A model generated the notes under the pieces. It ran no database searches and was not told where the DNA came from. It saw only the letters and a program-made list of their open reading frames with translations. This document shows positions 1 to 15,741 of a stretch of DNA of 64,000 nt, piece after piece. Location: the NCBI GenBank assembly GCA_964016885.1, contig OZ024741.1:330708001-330772000 (forward strand), in the 5' to 3' direction. Made by a program: the position numbers and the translations under genes. This stretch comes from Eledone cirrhosa. Taxonomy: Eukaryota. The stretch's first letter is position 1, and each line of letters starts with the position of its first letter.

Positions 1-133
1 ATCATATATACATACATAAATATATACATACATATATATATATACATATATATATATACATATATACATACATATATATATACATATATACATACATATA
101 TATATATATATACATATATATATACATATATAC

Positions 134-168
<35 letters not shown>

Positions 169-217
169 CATATATACATACATATATATATATATATACA
201 TATATATATACATACAT
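1..217. repeat. (TA)n/(CATA)n microsatellite
   Basis: Pure TA/CA low-complexity sequence. Confidence 0.97.
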
Positions 218-2043
218 ATCAGTTCCTGTACACAGCTAAGTATTCTATAAGTCTCTAGCTGTGTCATTCTCGATGAAAGCACTGGATATGTAGTCCTGAT
301 GATTTCTAACAAGAATGAAACGCGTAGATTACTTCCCTTGCTTTTATCGAGAATCTAATTGTAATACGTGACGTATTCTATTCTATAGCGATTAGGTCTT
401 CAAAATGTTTATTATAAACATACAGAATATTTTCGAATATTCTATGTCTATATTCACATATATATCGCTATTTCAGAGCATTTATTCCAATTTCTAATTT
501 CTGCCGGACCGGCAACCGCTCTTTCAAATCAGTTCCTGTACACAGCTAAGTATTCTATAAGTCTCTAGCTGTGTCATTCTCGATGAAAGCACTGGATATG
601 TAGTCCTGATGATTTCTAACAAGAATGAAACGCGTAGATTACTTCCCTTGCTTTTATCGAGAATCTAATTGTAATACGTGACGTATTCTATTCTATAGCG
701 ATTAGGTCTTCAAAATGTTTATTATAAACATACAGAATATTTTCGAATATTCTATGTCTATATTCACATATATATCGCTATTTCAGAGCATTTATTCCAA
801 TTTCTAATTTCTGCCGGACCGGCAACCGCTCTTTCAAATCAGTTCCTGTACACAGCTAAGTATTCTATAAGTCTCTAGCTGTGTCATTCTCGATGAAAGC
901 ACTGGATATGTAGTCCTGATGATTTCTAACAAGAATGAAACGCGTAGATTACTTCCCTTGCTTTTATCGAGAATCTAATTGTAATACGTGACGTATTCTA
1001 TTCTATAGCGATTAGGTCTTCAAAATGTTTATTATAAACATACAGAATATTTTCGAATATTCTATGTCTATATTCACATATATATCGCTATTTCAGAGCA
1101 TTTATTCCAATTTCTAATTTCTGCCGGACCGGCAACCGCTCTTTCAAATCAGTTCCTGTACACAGCTAAGTATTCTATAAGTCTCTAGCTGTGTCATTCT
1201 CGATGAAAGCACTGGATATGTAGTCCTGATGATTTCTAACAAGAATGAAACGCGTAGATTACTTCCCTTGCTTTTATCGAGAATCTAATTGTAATACGTG
1301 ACGTATTCTATTCTATAGCGATTAGGTCTTCAAAATGTTTATTATAAACATACAGAATATTTTCGAATATTCTATGTCTATATTCACATATATATCGCTA
1401 TTTCAGAGCATTTATTCCAATTTCTAATTTCTGCCGGACCGGCAACCGCTCTTTCAAATCAGTTCCTGTACACAGCTAAGTATTCTATAAGTCTCTAGCT
1501 GTGTCATTCTCGATGAAAGCACTGGATATGTAGTCCTGATGATTTCTAACAAGAATGAAACGCGTAGATTACTTCCCTTGCTTTTATCGAGAATCTAATT
1601 GTAATACGTGACGTATTCTATTCTATAGCGATTAGGTCTTCAAAATGTTTATTATAAACATACAGAATATTTTCGAATATTCTATGTCTATATTCACATA
1701 TATATCGCTATTTCAGAGCATTTATTCCAATTTCTAATTTCTGCCGGACCGGCAACCGCTCTTTCAAATCAGTTCCTGTACACAGCTAAGTATTCTATAA
1801 GTCTCTAGCTGTGTCATTCTCGATGAAAGCACTGGATATGTAGTCCTGATGATTTCTAACAAGAATGAAACGCGTAGATTACTTCCCTTGCTTTTATCGA
1901 GAATCTAATTGTAATACGTGACGTATTCTATTCTATAGCGATTAGGTCTTCAAAATGTTTATTATAAACATACAGAATATTTTCGAATATTCTATGTCTA
2001 TATTCACATATATATCGCTATTTCAGAGCATTTATTCCAATTT
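218..2043 (+). mobile_element. Tandem array of 310-bp hammerhead-ribozyme-containing units (retrozyme-like), about 5.9 copies
   Basis: AGTTCCTGTA recurs at 221, 531, 841, 1151, 1461 and 1771 (period 310). Copies look identical by eye. Each has a CTGATGA...GAAA-CGCG-TA core. Flanked on both sides by (TA)n. Confidence 0.85.
266..354 (+). ncRNA. Type I hammerhead ribozyme, copy 1 of 6 (others at +310, +620, +930, +1240, +1550)
   Basis: Stem I GTAGTC(290-295)/GATTAC(327-332); CTGATGA 296-302; stem II TTCT-AACA-AGAA; GAAA 317-320; palindromic stem III A-CGCG-T; GUA cleavage triplet ending at 326; distal stem I 266-281/339-354 (16 bp, one G-U). Confidence 0.85.
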
Positions 2044-4541
<2,498 letters not shown>

Positions 4542-4551
4542 TTAATAACAA

Positions 4552-4732
4552 TAATAATTGTTTCTACTTTAGGCACAAGGCCAGCAATTACCCAGTGCAT
4601 TACTGGTACTTTATTTTATCGACCCCGTAAGGATGAAAGGCAAAGTCAACCTCGGCGGGATTTGAACTCAGATCGTAAAGGGACGTAACTATGCTGGAAA
4701 GCATGGCGTCCGACCCTCTACCGATACTGCCA
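4552..4732 (-). mobile_element. tRNA-derived SINE (family A)
   Basis: - strand GGCAGTATCGGT (A-box-like) ... GAGTTCAAATCC (B box) ... GCCTTTCATCCTTACGGGGTCGATAAAATAAAGTACCAG core; many copies in the window. Confidence 0.85.
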
Positions 4733-4816
4733 TAAAGACAACAACAATAATAATATATATACATATATATACACACACGCGCACACACATAAAAATATCT
4801 ATACACACAATAGCAA

Positions 4817-6395
4817 CTAACAGCGCTGCGATCGAATGTGGCTTTTTAGCCCAGCCAATGATCTAAAATGTCTTGCACAGAGTCGGCAACCAAAACATTC
4901 ACTGGGAATAGTCGGCTGTGGTTGGAGTTCATGTACTTTTGCATGTCGCTTGAGCCCTCCTGCTGATTTACATTCTCTACCACATGCTTGGCAAGCATGA
5001 TGAGTAGCATCTCCAACAGCAGCCTGGTAGTCAACCACTGGTCTTACTTTATGACTGCGAAGATGACTTGCGAGTCCAGCTTTGCTTGGGCAGAGTCTCG
5101 CACAGACGCTGCATGTCAGCACCATAGGAGGACCCACGCCGTCTGGAAGTACACCAGCAATGCCCTTCCTCACATCCCGCTTTACTTTCTCGTATGCGAT
5201 TCGAGATGCCTCAAAGGCAACTTTTCCCTCATATACAGTCTTTCTCCATTTATTACGATCAGCAGCAATATTTTCCCATGTATCAGCAGAGATGTTAGCA
5301 TCTTTCAAAGAGGCTTTCAAGGAATCCTTATACCTCTTTTTTGGTTTATGTGGCGGTCGTTTTCCTTTAACTAACTCTCCATATAAAATAGTTGTTTTGG
5401 TATTCTAGAATCCTTCATCCTGGCAAGGTGACCACTCCAATGGAGTCGTTGCTTAAGCACAAGAGCTTCTTTACTGTCACACATAGAGCTTTCCAAAATC
5501 TCGACATCACTGATGTGATCCCTCCAGTGAACGCCATGGATCCATCCGAGACACATCTGATGGAAACGCTCCAATTGCTTAAGGTGGTGTCGATATGTGA
5601 CCCAGGTCTCGCAGGCATAAAGAAGAGAAGAGAGCACACATGCCTTGTACACCTTTATCTTTGTCTTCTTGCATATGTTTCGCCGACCCCAGAGACGCCT
5701 TTCTAGCTTTCCGAAAGCATCACTTGCTTTCCTAATCCTAAGTGAGATTTCACTATCAAGGTTGCTGTATCAATTGACAGTGCTTCCCAGGTAGACAAAC
5801 TGATCAACCACTCCAAGTCGTTTACCAGACACATAGATATTTGGTTCACTGTACTGCTTACCAGGGGCAGGTTGGTACATGACGACGGTTTTCTTGAGAC
5901 TGACAGTCAATCCTAAGGCAGTGCAAGCGTTAGAAAATGCATTCAAAATGTGCTGCATATCACTCTCTGTGTGCGCTACAAGATCGCAATCATCTGCATA
6001 CAAGAGGTCTCTTATGATTGATGTAAATACTTTTGTCTTTGCAGCAAAGCGCCTGATGTTAAATAAATATGTTGCCTGAGGTTCGATATTGGATGTAAAC
6101 ACCATGCTCACAATTCCTGAATGCAATACAGAAAACCATTGCAAAGTATATGGCAAACAGGGTCGGTGCTGGAATATCCCCCTGTTTCACTCCATTTTTT
6201 ACTGAGATAGGCTCCGACATTAACCCAAGCCTTCATGTAGTCATGGAAAGGCCTAACTATAGCAAGGAACTTATCAGGGTAACCAAGTTTCTGGAGAACC
6301 TTCCATAATGCATTTCTGTTAACAGTATCGAAAGCTTTTGTCAGATCGACAAAAACCTGATACAGATCCAAACCTTGTTCCATGCACTTCTCTAT
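4817..6395 (-). mobile_element. RTE-clade (BovB-like) LINE, 5'-truncated and frameshifted ORF with RT and three C-terminal C2H2-type fingers
   Basis: [40 protein letters not shown] and RIPKQLFY spread over several frames; C-terminus has three CxxC...GLxxH fingers. Confidence 0.9.
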
Positions 6396-6432
6396 ACACA
6401 TACATATATATATACACACATACATATATACG

Positions 6433-6506
<74 letters not shown>

Positions 6507-6620
6507 CATACATATATATACATATATATATACATACATATATATACATATATATATACATACATATATATACATATATATATACATACATATATATACA
6601 TATATATATACATACATATA

Positions 6621-7231
6621 TGGTGGTGGCTGCCAACTCGTTTTCGAGTATGGCCACTACTTTATATCCATGTAGGAGAACCCCTACCGATGCGCTGAAC
6701 GAGTGTGACTTTTTAGTCCAGCCAGCGACTTGAAAACTGGCACAATCACTACACTTGTGACAATTATTGACACATAGTGTTGGGCCCATGGTACCACGTG
6801 ATGACAAGTGCAGAGAGATCTCCAGATATAAAGCAATGCCTGTGCTGTGAAGCTTTTATAGTGAGCAAAGGCAATGCACAAAGCCAGTCCCACTCTCTTA
6901 ACCAAGATGATATTTACCAAAAAGAAGAACAAGTCAACATCATTGGATACCATCAGGGTTGCAGGTGTTATATCAGAGTTTTCCTTCTCCTAGAATTCTG
7001 CCTTGACAAAGGCTAAGGGGTCATCTCTCCCGGTGATTTTGGATGGCCATTGACTCTTAAGAGCTCCTTTACCCTTTGACAGGTTTTGTTTTTAGTCCTG
7101 CAGGATGTCCAAAGTCACCCTCCTCACCAAGAAACCTGGGTGGGGTTGCCAGTTTAGTCGCCAACGACCCGACCATGGGACAGGTTGTACTGGGATACAT
7201 GTCACCATTAGCACCAACTGGTGACCTGACA
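6621..7231 (-). mobile_element. Non-autonomous RTE-derived element (~610 bp), full copy
   Basis: Same sequence at 7478-7885, 8812-9420, 40735-41167 and 47102-47420; 3' part encodes [16 protein letters not shown], matching the RTE terminal finger. Confidence 0.75.
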
Positions 7232-7477
7232 TACATATACACACATACATACATATATACACACATACACACACACATACACACATACATACATATATAT
7301 ACACATACACACACACATACACACATACATACATACATACATACATATACACATGTATGCATATATATACATACATATGTATACACACACACACATATGC
7401 ATGTATACACATACATACATATGCACGCATGTACGCACATGTATGCATACATATACATATATATACATATACATACA

Positions 7478-7885
7478 TGGTGGCTGCCAACTCGTTTTCG
7501 AGTACGGCCACTACTTTATATCCATGTAGGAGAACCCCTACCGATGCGCTGAACGAATGTGACTTTAGTCCAGCCAGCGACTTGAAAACTGGCACAAAGA
7601 CTACACTTGTGACCATTATTGACACATAGTGCAGGGCCCATGGTACCATGTGATGACAAGTGCAGAGAGATCTCCAGATATAAAGCAATGCCTGTGCTGT
7701 GAAGCTTTTATAGTGAGCAAAGGCACTGCACAAAGCCAATCCCACTCTCTTAACCAAGATGATATTTACCAAAAAGAAGAACAGGTCAACATCATTGGAT
7801 ACCATCAGGGTTGCAGGTGTTATATCAGAGTTTTCCTTCTCCTAGAATTCTGCCTTGACAAAGGCTAAGGGGTCATCTCTCCCGG
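7478..7885 (-). mobile_element. Non-autonomous RTE-derived element, 5'-truncated copy
   Basis: Near-identical to 6621-7033; embedded in microsatellite. Confidence 0.75.
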
Positions 7886-8811
7886 CATATACATGCATAT
7901 ACACATACATGTACATACACATACACACACACATACACGCATATATACATATATACACACACATACACACATATATACATACATACATACATATACATAC
8001 ATACACACACATACACACACACACACACACACATACATACACACACATATACATACATACACACATATATATACATACACACATATACATACATATATAC
8101 ATATACATTCACACACATACATACATATACACATACATACATATATACATACATACACATATACATACATACATATATACATACATACATATACACATAC
8201 ATACACATATACATACATACATATACATATACATACACACATATACATACATACATATACATACATACATACATACATATACATACATACACATACATAT
8301 ACACATATACATACATATACATACACACATATACATACATACATACATATACATACACACATATACATACATATACACATACATACATATATACATATAC
8401 ATACATATACACATACATACACATATACATATACATACACATATACATACATACATATATACACATATACATACATACATATATACACATATACATACAT
8501 ACATACACATACATACATATACATACATACATACACATACATACATATACATACATACATACATATACATACATACATATACATACATACATACATACAT
8601 ACATACATACATACATACACATACATACATACATATATACACATATACATACATACATATACATACATACATATACATATATATACATACATACATATAT
8701 ACATATACATACATATACACATATACATACATACATATATATACATACATACACATACACAGATACATACATATACACATACATACATACATATATATAC
8801 ATACATACATA
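7886..8811. repeat. (CATA)n/(CA)n microsatellite
   Basis: Low-complexity CA/TA. Confidence 0.95.
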
Positions 8812-9420
8812 TGGTGGCTGCCAACTCGTTTTCGAGTACGGCCACTACTTTATATCCATGTAGGAGAACCCCTACCGATGCGCTGAACGAGTGTGACTTT
8901 TTAGTCCAGCCAGCGACTTGAAAACTCTGGTACAAACACTACACTTGTGACAATTACTGACACATAGTGCTGGGCCCATGGTACCATGTGACGACAAGTG
9001 CAGAGAGATCTCCAGATATAAAGCAATGCCTGTGCCGTGAAGCTTTTATAGTGAGCAAAGGCACTGCACAAAGCCAGTCCCACTCTCTTAACCAAGATGA
9101 TATTTACCAAAAAGAAGAACAAGTCAACATCATTGGATACCATCAGGGTTGCAGGTGTTATATCAGAGTTTTCCTTCTCCTAGAATTCTGCCTTGACAAA
9201 GGCTAAGGGGTCATCTCTCCCGGTGATTTTGGATGGCCATTGACTCTTAAGAGCTCCTTTGCCCTTTGACAGGTTTTGTTTTTAGTCCTGCAGGATGTCC
9301 AAGTCACCCTCCTCACCAAGAAACCTTGGTGGGGTTGCCAGTTTAGTCGCCAACGACCCGACCATGGGACAGGTTGTACTGGGATACATGTTACCAGTAG
9401 CACCAACTGGTGACCTGACA
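8812..9420 (-). mobile_element. Non-autonomous RTE-derived element, full copy
   Basis: Near-identical to 6621-7231. Confidence 0.75.
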
Positions 9421-9448
9421 ATATATATATACATACATATATACATAC

Positions 9449-9499
<51 letters not shown>

Positions 9500-9500
9500 C

Positions 9501-9535
<35 letters not shown>

Positions 9536-9588
9536 CATATATATATACATACATACATATATATATATATACATATATATATACATAC

Positions 9589-9619
<31 letters not shown>

Positions 9620-9700
9620 CATATATATATACATACATATATATATATACATATATATATACATACATATATATATATATATACATATATATATACATAC

Positions 9701-9731
<31 letters not shown>

Positions 9732-10066
9732 CATATATATATACATACATATATATATATATATACATATATATATACATACATATATATATATATATAC
9801 ATATATATATACATATATATATACATACATATATATATATATATACATATATATATACATACATATATATATATATATACATATATATATACATACATAT
9901 ATATATATATATATATACATATATATATACATACATATATATATATATATATATACATATATATATACATACATATATATATATATATATATACATATAT
10001 ATATACATACATATATATATATATATATATACATACATATATATATATATATATATACATATATAT

Positions 10067-10097
<31 letters not shown>

Positions 10098-10098
10098 C

Positions 10099-10129
<31 letters not shown>

Positions 10130-10185
10130 CATATATATATACATACATATATATATATATATATACATATATATATACATACATA

Positions 10186-10221
<36 letters not shown>

Positions 10222-10292
10222 CATACATATATATATATATATATATACATATATATATACATACATATATATATATATATATACATATATAT

Positions 10293-10325
<33 letters not shown>

Positions 10326-10330
10326 CATAG
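9421..10330. repeat. (TA)n-rich microsatellite
   Basis: Low-complexity TA/CA. Confidence 0.95.
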
Positions 10331-10886
10331 ATTACATATATACATTATATATATATACACTATATAGATACTATATATAATGTCCAGGTGAAAAGCAAAG
10401 GCCATTACAGCATGACACCACATTCTACACAACTCTTTCCCAGTTGAGTGGACTGAAGCAACATGAAATAAAATGTCTTGCTCAAGGACAAACTGCATTA
10501 TCTGCTTCAGGAATCAAATTTACAGCCTTACAACTTTGAGTGCAGCATCCTAACCACTAAGTCTGGAATTTTCAAATATGAAGTTAAAATAAATCAGACA
10601 TCAAGTTTACAAAATAATATTATTAAAAGCTGGAGGTCAACTTAGCCTTCCATCCTTTCATGGTTGATAAAACAGTACCAGTCAAGTACTGGGCAGATTC
10701 TTCCTCTATATATCTTTCTCACTTCTCAATCACTTTTTTCCCTCTTTCTCTGGGAGAAATTGGCCTGAAGACTGGGCTCCAGGTTTTAAATGCTCAAGAC
10801 ACGCCATATGTCATGACAGTGCTTCTACGGCTCCAAACATAAATACATAACTAAAAGCTAAACCCATGGTCTACTGATTGACTCAC

Positions 10887-11002
10887 CTGACTATTCCATA
10901 GTCCACCCTGTTTGCTTTGATGGTCGCTTGTTAACCTAATATAATTGTTGGTTATCATTGTGGATCCCAAAATATCCCATAATGGGATATGCATGCTCGG
11001 AC
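10887..11002 (-). CDS. LMAN2: VIP36/LMAN2-family L-type lectin, coding exon 2
   Basis: Polypyrimidine+AG acceptor at 11004-11003; translates (G)PSMHIPLWDILGSTMITNNYIRLTSDHQSKQGGLWNSQ; donor GTGAGT; phase 1 matches exon 1. LMAN2 and LMAN2L cannot be separated from this fragment. Confidence 0.88.
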
Positions 11003-11199
11003 CTAGAGAAAAAGTGAGAGTGAGAAATTAAAAAAAATCAAGAGACATTGTTGAGTAGATGAATAAAAGATAATGAAACAATGGGACATGGCCAAGTAGT
11101 TAGGGTGTTGGACAGATGATCATGAGATTTGATTCCTAGACTGAGTAACGCATTGTGTTCTTGTGCAAGACGCTCTATTTCTCATTGCTATTCATCATA

Positions 11200-11460
11200 G
11201 TATTGGAGTCCCTATTATTAAAACACCCGAGAAACCTTCTATGAGATACAACATTGTACAAGACCAGCTAAACTTATATAAGTGTGAGCTGTAACAACAA
11301 TAACATATGAGAAACCTATGAGATACTAACATGGAGACCAGCTAAATCTACACAGGAGTGAGCTGTAACAACACCCGTGCACCTATTATTAAAATACCTG
11401 AGAAACCTATGAGATACAACCTTGTAGGAGACCAGCTAAATCTATATAGGTATGACCTAT
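11200..11460 (+). repeat. Degenerate ~80-100-bp tandem/dispersed repeat
   Basis: CCTATTATTAAAACACC..GAGAAACC..TATGAGATACAAC..CCAGCTAAA units; same family at 57705-58200 (+) and ~21075-21170 (-). Confidence 0.65.
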
Positions 11461-12220
11461 AAATTTCATTTTCCATTTCATTTTCAAAATACAATGCAGA
11501 TTAGCTGAGAGTGGAGGGGGTTAAGCCTAAAATGGCCAACACCTCCTGGCAAGTCACATGCATGTTGAAAAAAAGGAAGCTGGAGTACTTTGGACACCTG
11601 ACGAGGGCTGATAGACTGCTGATGGGAAAGTTGAAGGACAGAAAGGACAAGGAAAGATGACACGAAGGAGTGACTGAATGACAATTTCAGGAGTTTGGTT
11701 GGTTGATAAGGACAGAGACAGACGTCAGACACTATGTTTTCTGAATCTCCCTGCAATCTACGTTAAAGGGGCACAAACCTTGTGAGTGAAATTGGGTAGA
11801 TGGAAACTGTTTGGTAGCCCATCAGCTGGACTGTACCTGTAACTTAAAGGGCCATGTGTGTAGAATACTGCCACTTACATGTTAATTTTACAAGCAGGCT
11901 ATTCTGTTGACTAAAACTAGAACACTCGTTAATTTAGTTTGTTGTATACTGTGTGTCATATACAGCATTAAAACAAAGCTTCAATGCTTAGACACCTAAT
12001 GTGAAAAATAACCATGTGTACGCTTACACACACACACTCAAACATGTATTTATACTTACACCCACACATTCTAGTGCTTATTATTCTTTGAATATATAAT
12101 TACTTTGGCTAATGAGTAAATTTAATTAAAACATACAAAACAGGTTTATACAGACCAATAATTCACAACCTGTTTCTATTTTACAATAAAAGGACTATGG
12201 GATTGATGCAAATGATAATG

Positions 12221-13410
12221 ATCATCATTGTCGTCTTTACGTTTGTTTTTCCAAGCTTGCATGGATGGGACAGGTCCTTTTCAGCACAGCATCTCTCCAC
12301 ATGCCATGTTCCTTTGCTATCTTCACTGTGAGTTTCAGAGACTTGAAATCAGCTCTCACCACATGTGCCCAGGTTTTTTGGGGCTCGGTGCTTTTTCACG
12401 TGATACCTACACGACCATTTTACAGTGTAGGCTAGGTGCTTTTTGTTATAACACCTACATGACCACCTTACAGTGTGGGCTGGGTGATTTTTATTGTGAT
12501 ACCAATACAACCATTTTTCTGTGTGGAGTGGTGACTGGGGTGTAAAGGCATGGGAGAATGGTGGTATGATCAGATGTGAGTGGAGTGTTATGTCATGGGA
12601 GGTGTATTGAAGGGAAGGGAAGATTGTGGTTAAGAGGCGAATACTAGATGTATAATTGAGTGCGTGCATGGGAAGGCAGGTCTTATGTATTACTGCATAA
12701 TGCCAAAGATCTCGATCCTGCGTCATTGTCTTTGAGGAGTGCAATTGTGTAAGGTCAGCTTTTATCACCTCATCCCAGGCCTTCCTGGATCATCCTAGTC
12801 TATAGCTTCCATCAACTTTGATCGCCTTGTACCTTTTTATACAGCTTTCATCATTCATATGCATCATATGGCCATACCAATGCAATCTCCTTTCTTGCAC
12901 ACTGCATCTGATCCCTCTTATGCCAAATTTCTCTCTTAGTTCATTTACGCTTTGCCGTTCGTGTATATTATTATTACATATCCATCGGAGGATGCAGGCT
13001 TAATTTCTTTCCAGTATTCGCAGGTCCTCTGCACACAGATCTCACTACCATGCAACACTGCTGTCTATATACATGCATCGTACAATCTGTCCATCATTTT
13101 GATGGAAAATCCTTTTGTAGCTATCAGAGGTAGTAACTCTCTGAATTTTTTCTATCCCATTCTTACTCTGCTGGCTATTGTACTTTCAGAACACCTTCCT
13201 CCACTGCTAATTTGGTCACTCAGGTAATGGAACCTGTAGGCTCTTGTAACTGCACCTGTGCATCGACTGCATATAAAACCTATGTTCTTTGATAGCCAGC
13301 CTGTGATCCCACTACTTTTTTTATGCACCCATAGCTTGCATTTGGGACATAGGATGGAAATTTTACCTACTCTTTTCCTGCACACAGAGCAAGGCCATTT
13401 CCCAATGACT
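12221..13410 (-). mobile_element. RTE-clade LINE 3' fragment (family with (GAT)n tail)
   Basis: CPKCKLWVHKK, GRCSESTIASRVRMG, IKADLTQLH; 3'UTR and GAT-repeat tail. Confidence 0.85.
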
Positions 13411-13424
13411 GGCGCTGCAACACA

Positions 13425-14925
13425 ATCATAAATTGCTACAAGAGCAAAGGTAATGCTCTAGAAAGGAGCATCTATAGAGGAATAAAACTAATGGACCAAG
13501 TTATGAAAGTGACAGAACGAGTTATAGCACAGCTAATTAGAGAAAGAATCAAAACAGATGAGATGTAGTTTAGTTTCATGCCTGGGAAAAGTACTACAGA
13601 TGCCCTCTTCTTAGTGAGGCAACTACAAGAGAAATTTCTAGCAAAAATAAGCCACTTTATTTAGCTTTTGGTGATCTAGAAAAGGCCTTTGACAGAGTAC
13701 CTCAATCTATCATCTGGTGGTCCTTAACAAAATTAGGTGTAGAAGAATGGCTTGTGAGAGCAGTGCAAGCTCTGTACAGAGGAGCTGTCAGTAAAATGAG
13801 TGTAGGAAAGGAATTTAGCGAGGAATTCAAGGTACAAGAAGGAGTTCATCAAGGTTCAGTTCTAAGCCCAATGTTATTTATCATAGCTCTTCAGGCCATA
13901 ACAGAGGAGTTTAAAATGGGCTGTCCATGGGAGCTTCTCTATGCAGATGATTTGGGCCTTATAGCTGAAACCTCAAAAAAACTAGAAAATAAATTCTGAT
14001 TATGGAAACTGAATTTGGAATCAAAAGATCTGAGAGTAAACTTAGCCAAAACTAAAGTGTGAGTGAGTAGGAAAGAAGATAGGATTCAGATTCTTTCACT
14101 GAAGTGGCTCTGTTCAATATGTAGAAAAGGAGTAGGCATAAACTCCATACAATGTAAATCTTTGGTACACAAAAGATGTAGTGGGATAATGAGTAGACAA
14201 ACAAGAAAGGAGAACTTAGCATGTAGAAGATGCGCAGGAGAAATCGAGAGGAAGAGTGCCAATGATATAAACCTTTTTCCAATCACATGAAGGATCTGTA
14301 GATGTAGTTGATAGCTTCTGCTATCTTGGTGACTTAATTAGCAGCAGAGGAGGGTGTGCTGAGGGTATAATAGCTAGAAAAAGGATAGGATGGAAGAAGT
14401 TTAGAGAGCTTCTTCTACTGTTGACAACAAAAGATTTCTCCCTACAACAAAAGGACCCCTGTATGATGCCTGTGTGCAAAGTACAATGCTGCATGGTAGT
14501 GAAACATGGGCTGTGACAACAGAGGACATGCGTAGACTAGAGAGAAATAAAGCAACCATGCTTCGTTGGATGCGCAATGTAAGTGTGAGAGAAAGGCAGA
14601 GCTTGGACAAAGTGAGGAAGAAGCTGGGTTTAAGAGGAATCTGAGGTGGTATGCAGGAGAGAAGACTGCATTGGTATGGACATGTGATGTGCATGGACAA
14701 TTATTGTTGGGTTAAGAAGTGCCGGAAAATCCCAGTGGAAGGAAGCCACAGTAGGGGATGACGAAGAAAGAACTGGGCAGAGGTGGAGAGCTGACTTCAA
14801 ATCACTAAGACTAGCAGAGGAGATGACGAAGGAATGCGACAAGTGGAGAGATGCCGTGCTGAGAAGGACCCATCCAACCCATGCAAGCATGGAAAAAAAT
14901 AGATGTAAAAACGATGATGATAATG
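13425..14925 (+). mobile_element. RTE-clade LINE fragment (RT to 3' tail), degenerate
   Basis: GVHQGSVLSPMLF and ELLYADD with stops and frameshifts; ends GCATGG...ACGATGATGA. Confidence 0.88.
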
Positions 14926-15741
14926 AGTTTTGTATCACAGAACCAGGGGTGGTTTCAAGTGGTTTGGAACATAGAAAGGTTCTTACATAAAATTATGATG
15001 ACAGTTTTGTATCATAGAATCAAGTGCTGTTTCAGGCAGTTTGGTATCAAAAGGGTTAAGGCTACATTCAATAATACAGTCCTACATACACTGTCGAAAT
15101 ATAATATAGGATCGTTAGAATACCATTGTGTTGCCTATATTAAATAGGATATAACAATTTAAACGAGATTATCTCTGTAAATTATACTAACTCTTCACAC
15201 CCTGTAATGGTTTACCAGAGAATATATCTAAAAACAGGTTTGTTAATTCAAATATCTATAGTATCTTTATTATTGCACAGAGCATTGTAAAAATTCTGTA
15301 GCGTTAGAGAAAAAGAATTGAATATTTAATATGATACAGTCATAGTGCTGAAAAAAACTTTTCAAGACTGTCTTGCTAATGTGGTTTGTTAATTCAAATG
15401 TTTTTTAGTGAACAGATTGATGTGAAATTTTGCATTAAATTAAAGACTTTAACATTTAATGTGATGCAGCTATAGTGCTATAGGATGTTAAGAATTAAAT
15501 AATTATGAGTGACAGAGAAAATGTCGAACTGGGTTTGATTTGTTTACAAAGAATCACATTCAATGATATTTCATCAGATCCTGAAAGATGAGACAAGATT
15601 TCAATTTCGAGTGTAGACATTGAACTAAATATTGAGAAGCAGTTGGCCTGACATTCACTGACTATGTGTGTGGTGTGTGGGGTGCATGTGTTGTGTGTGG
15701 TGTAGATGTGTTGTGAGCGATGAGTGGTGTATGTGTTGTGT

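Noticed and set aside
4817-5320. Host C2H2 zinc-finger gene
   Set aside because: Contiguous with frameshifted RTE reverse transcriptase sequence; it is the LINE C-terminus.
7148-7231. HDV-like ribozyme at the 5' end of the short RTE derivative (- strand)
   Set aside because: Some elements are present (CCAGTT/AACTGG, GTA-TCCCAG-TAC, GTCG-TTGG-CGAC-TAA), but I could not assemble the P1/P2/P3/P1.1 order by hand; a descriptor search would decide.
12221-14925. Single twin-primed inverted LINE insertion
   Set aside because: Both pieces have their own 3' tails, overlap in consensus position and belong to different subfamilies, so they are two insertions.
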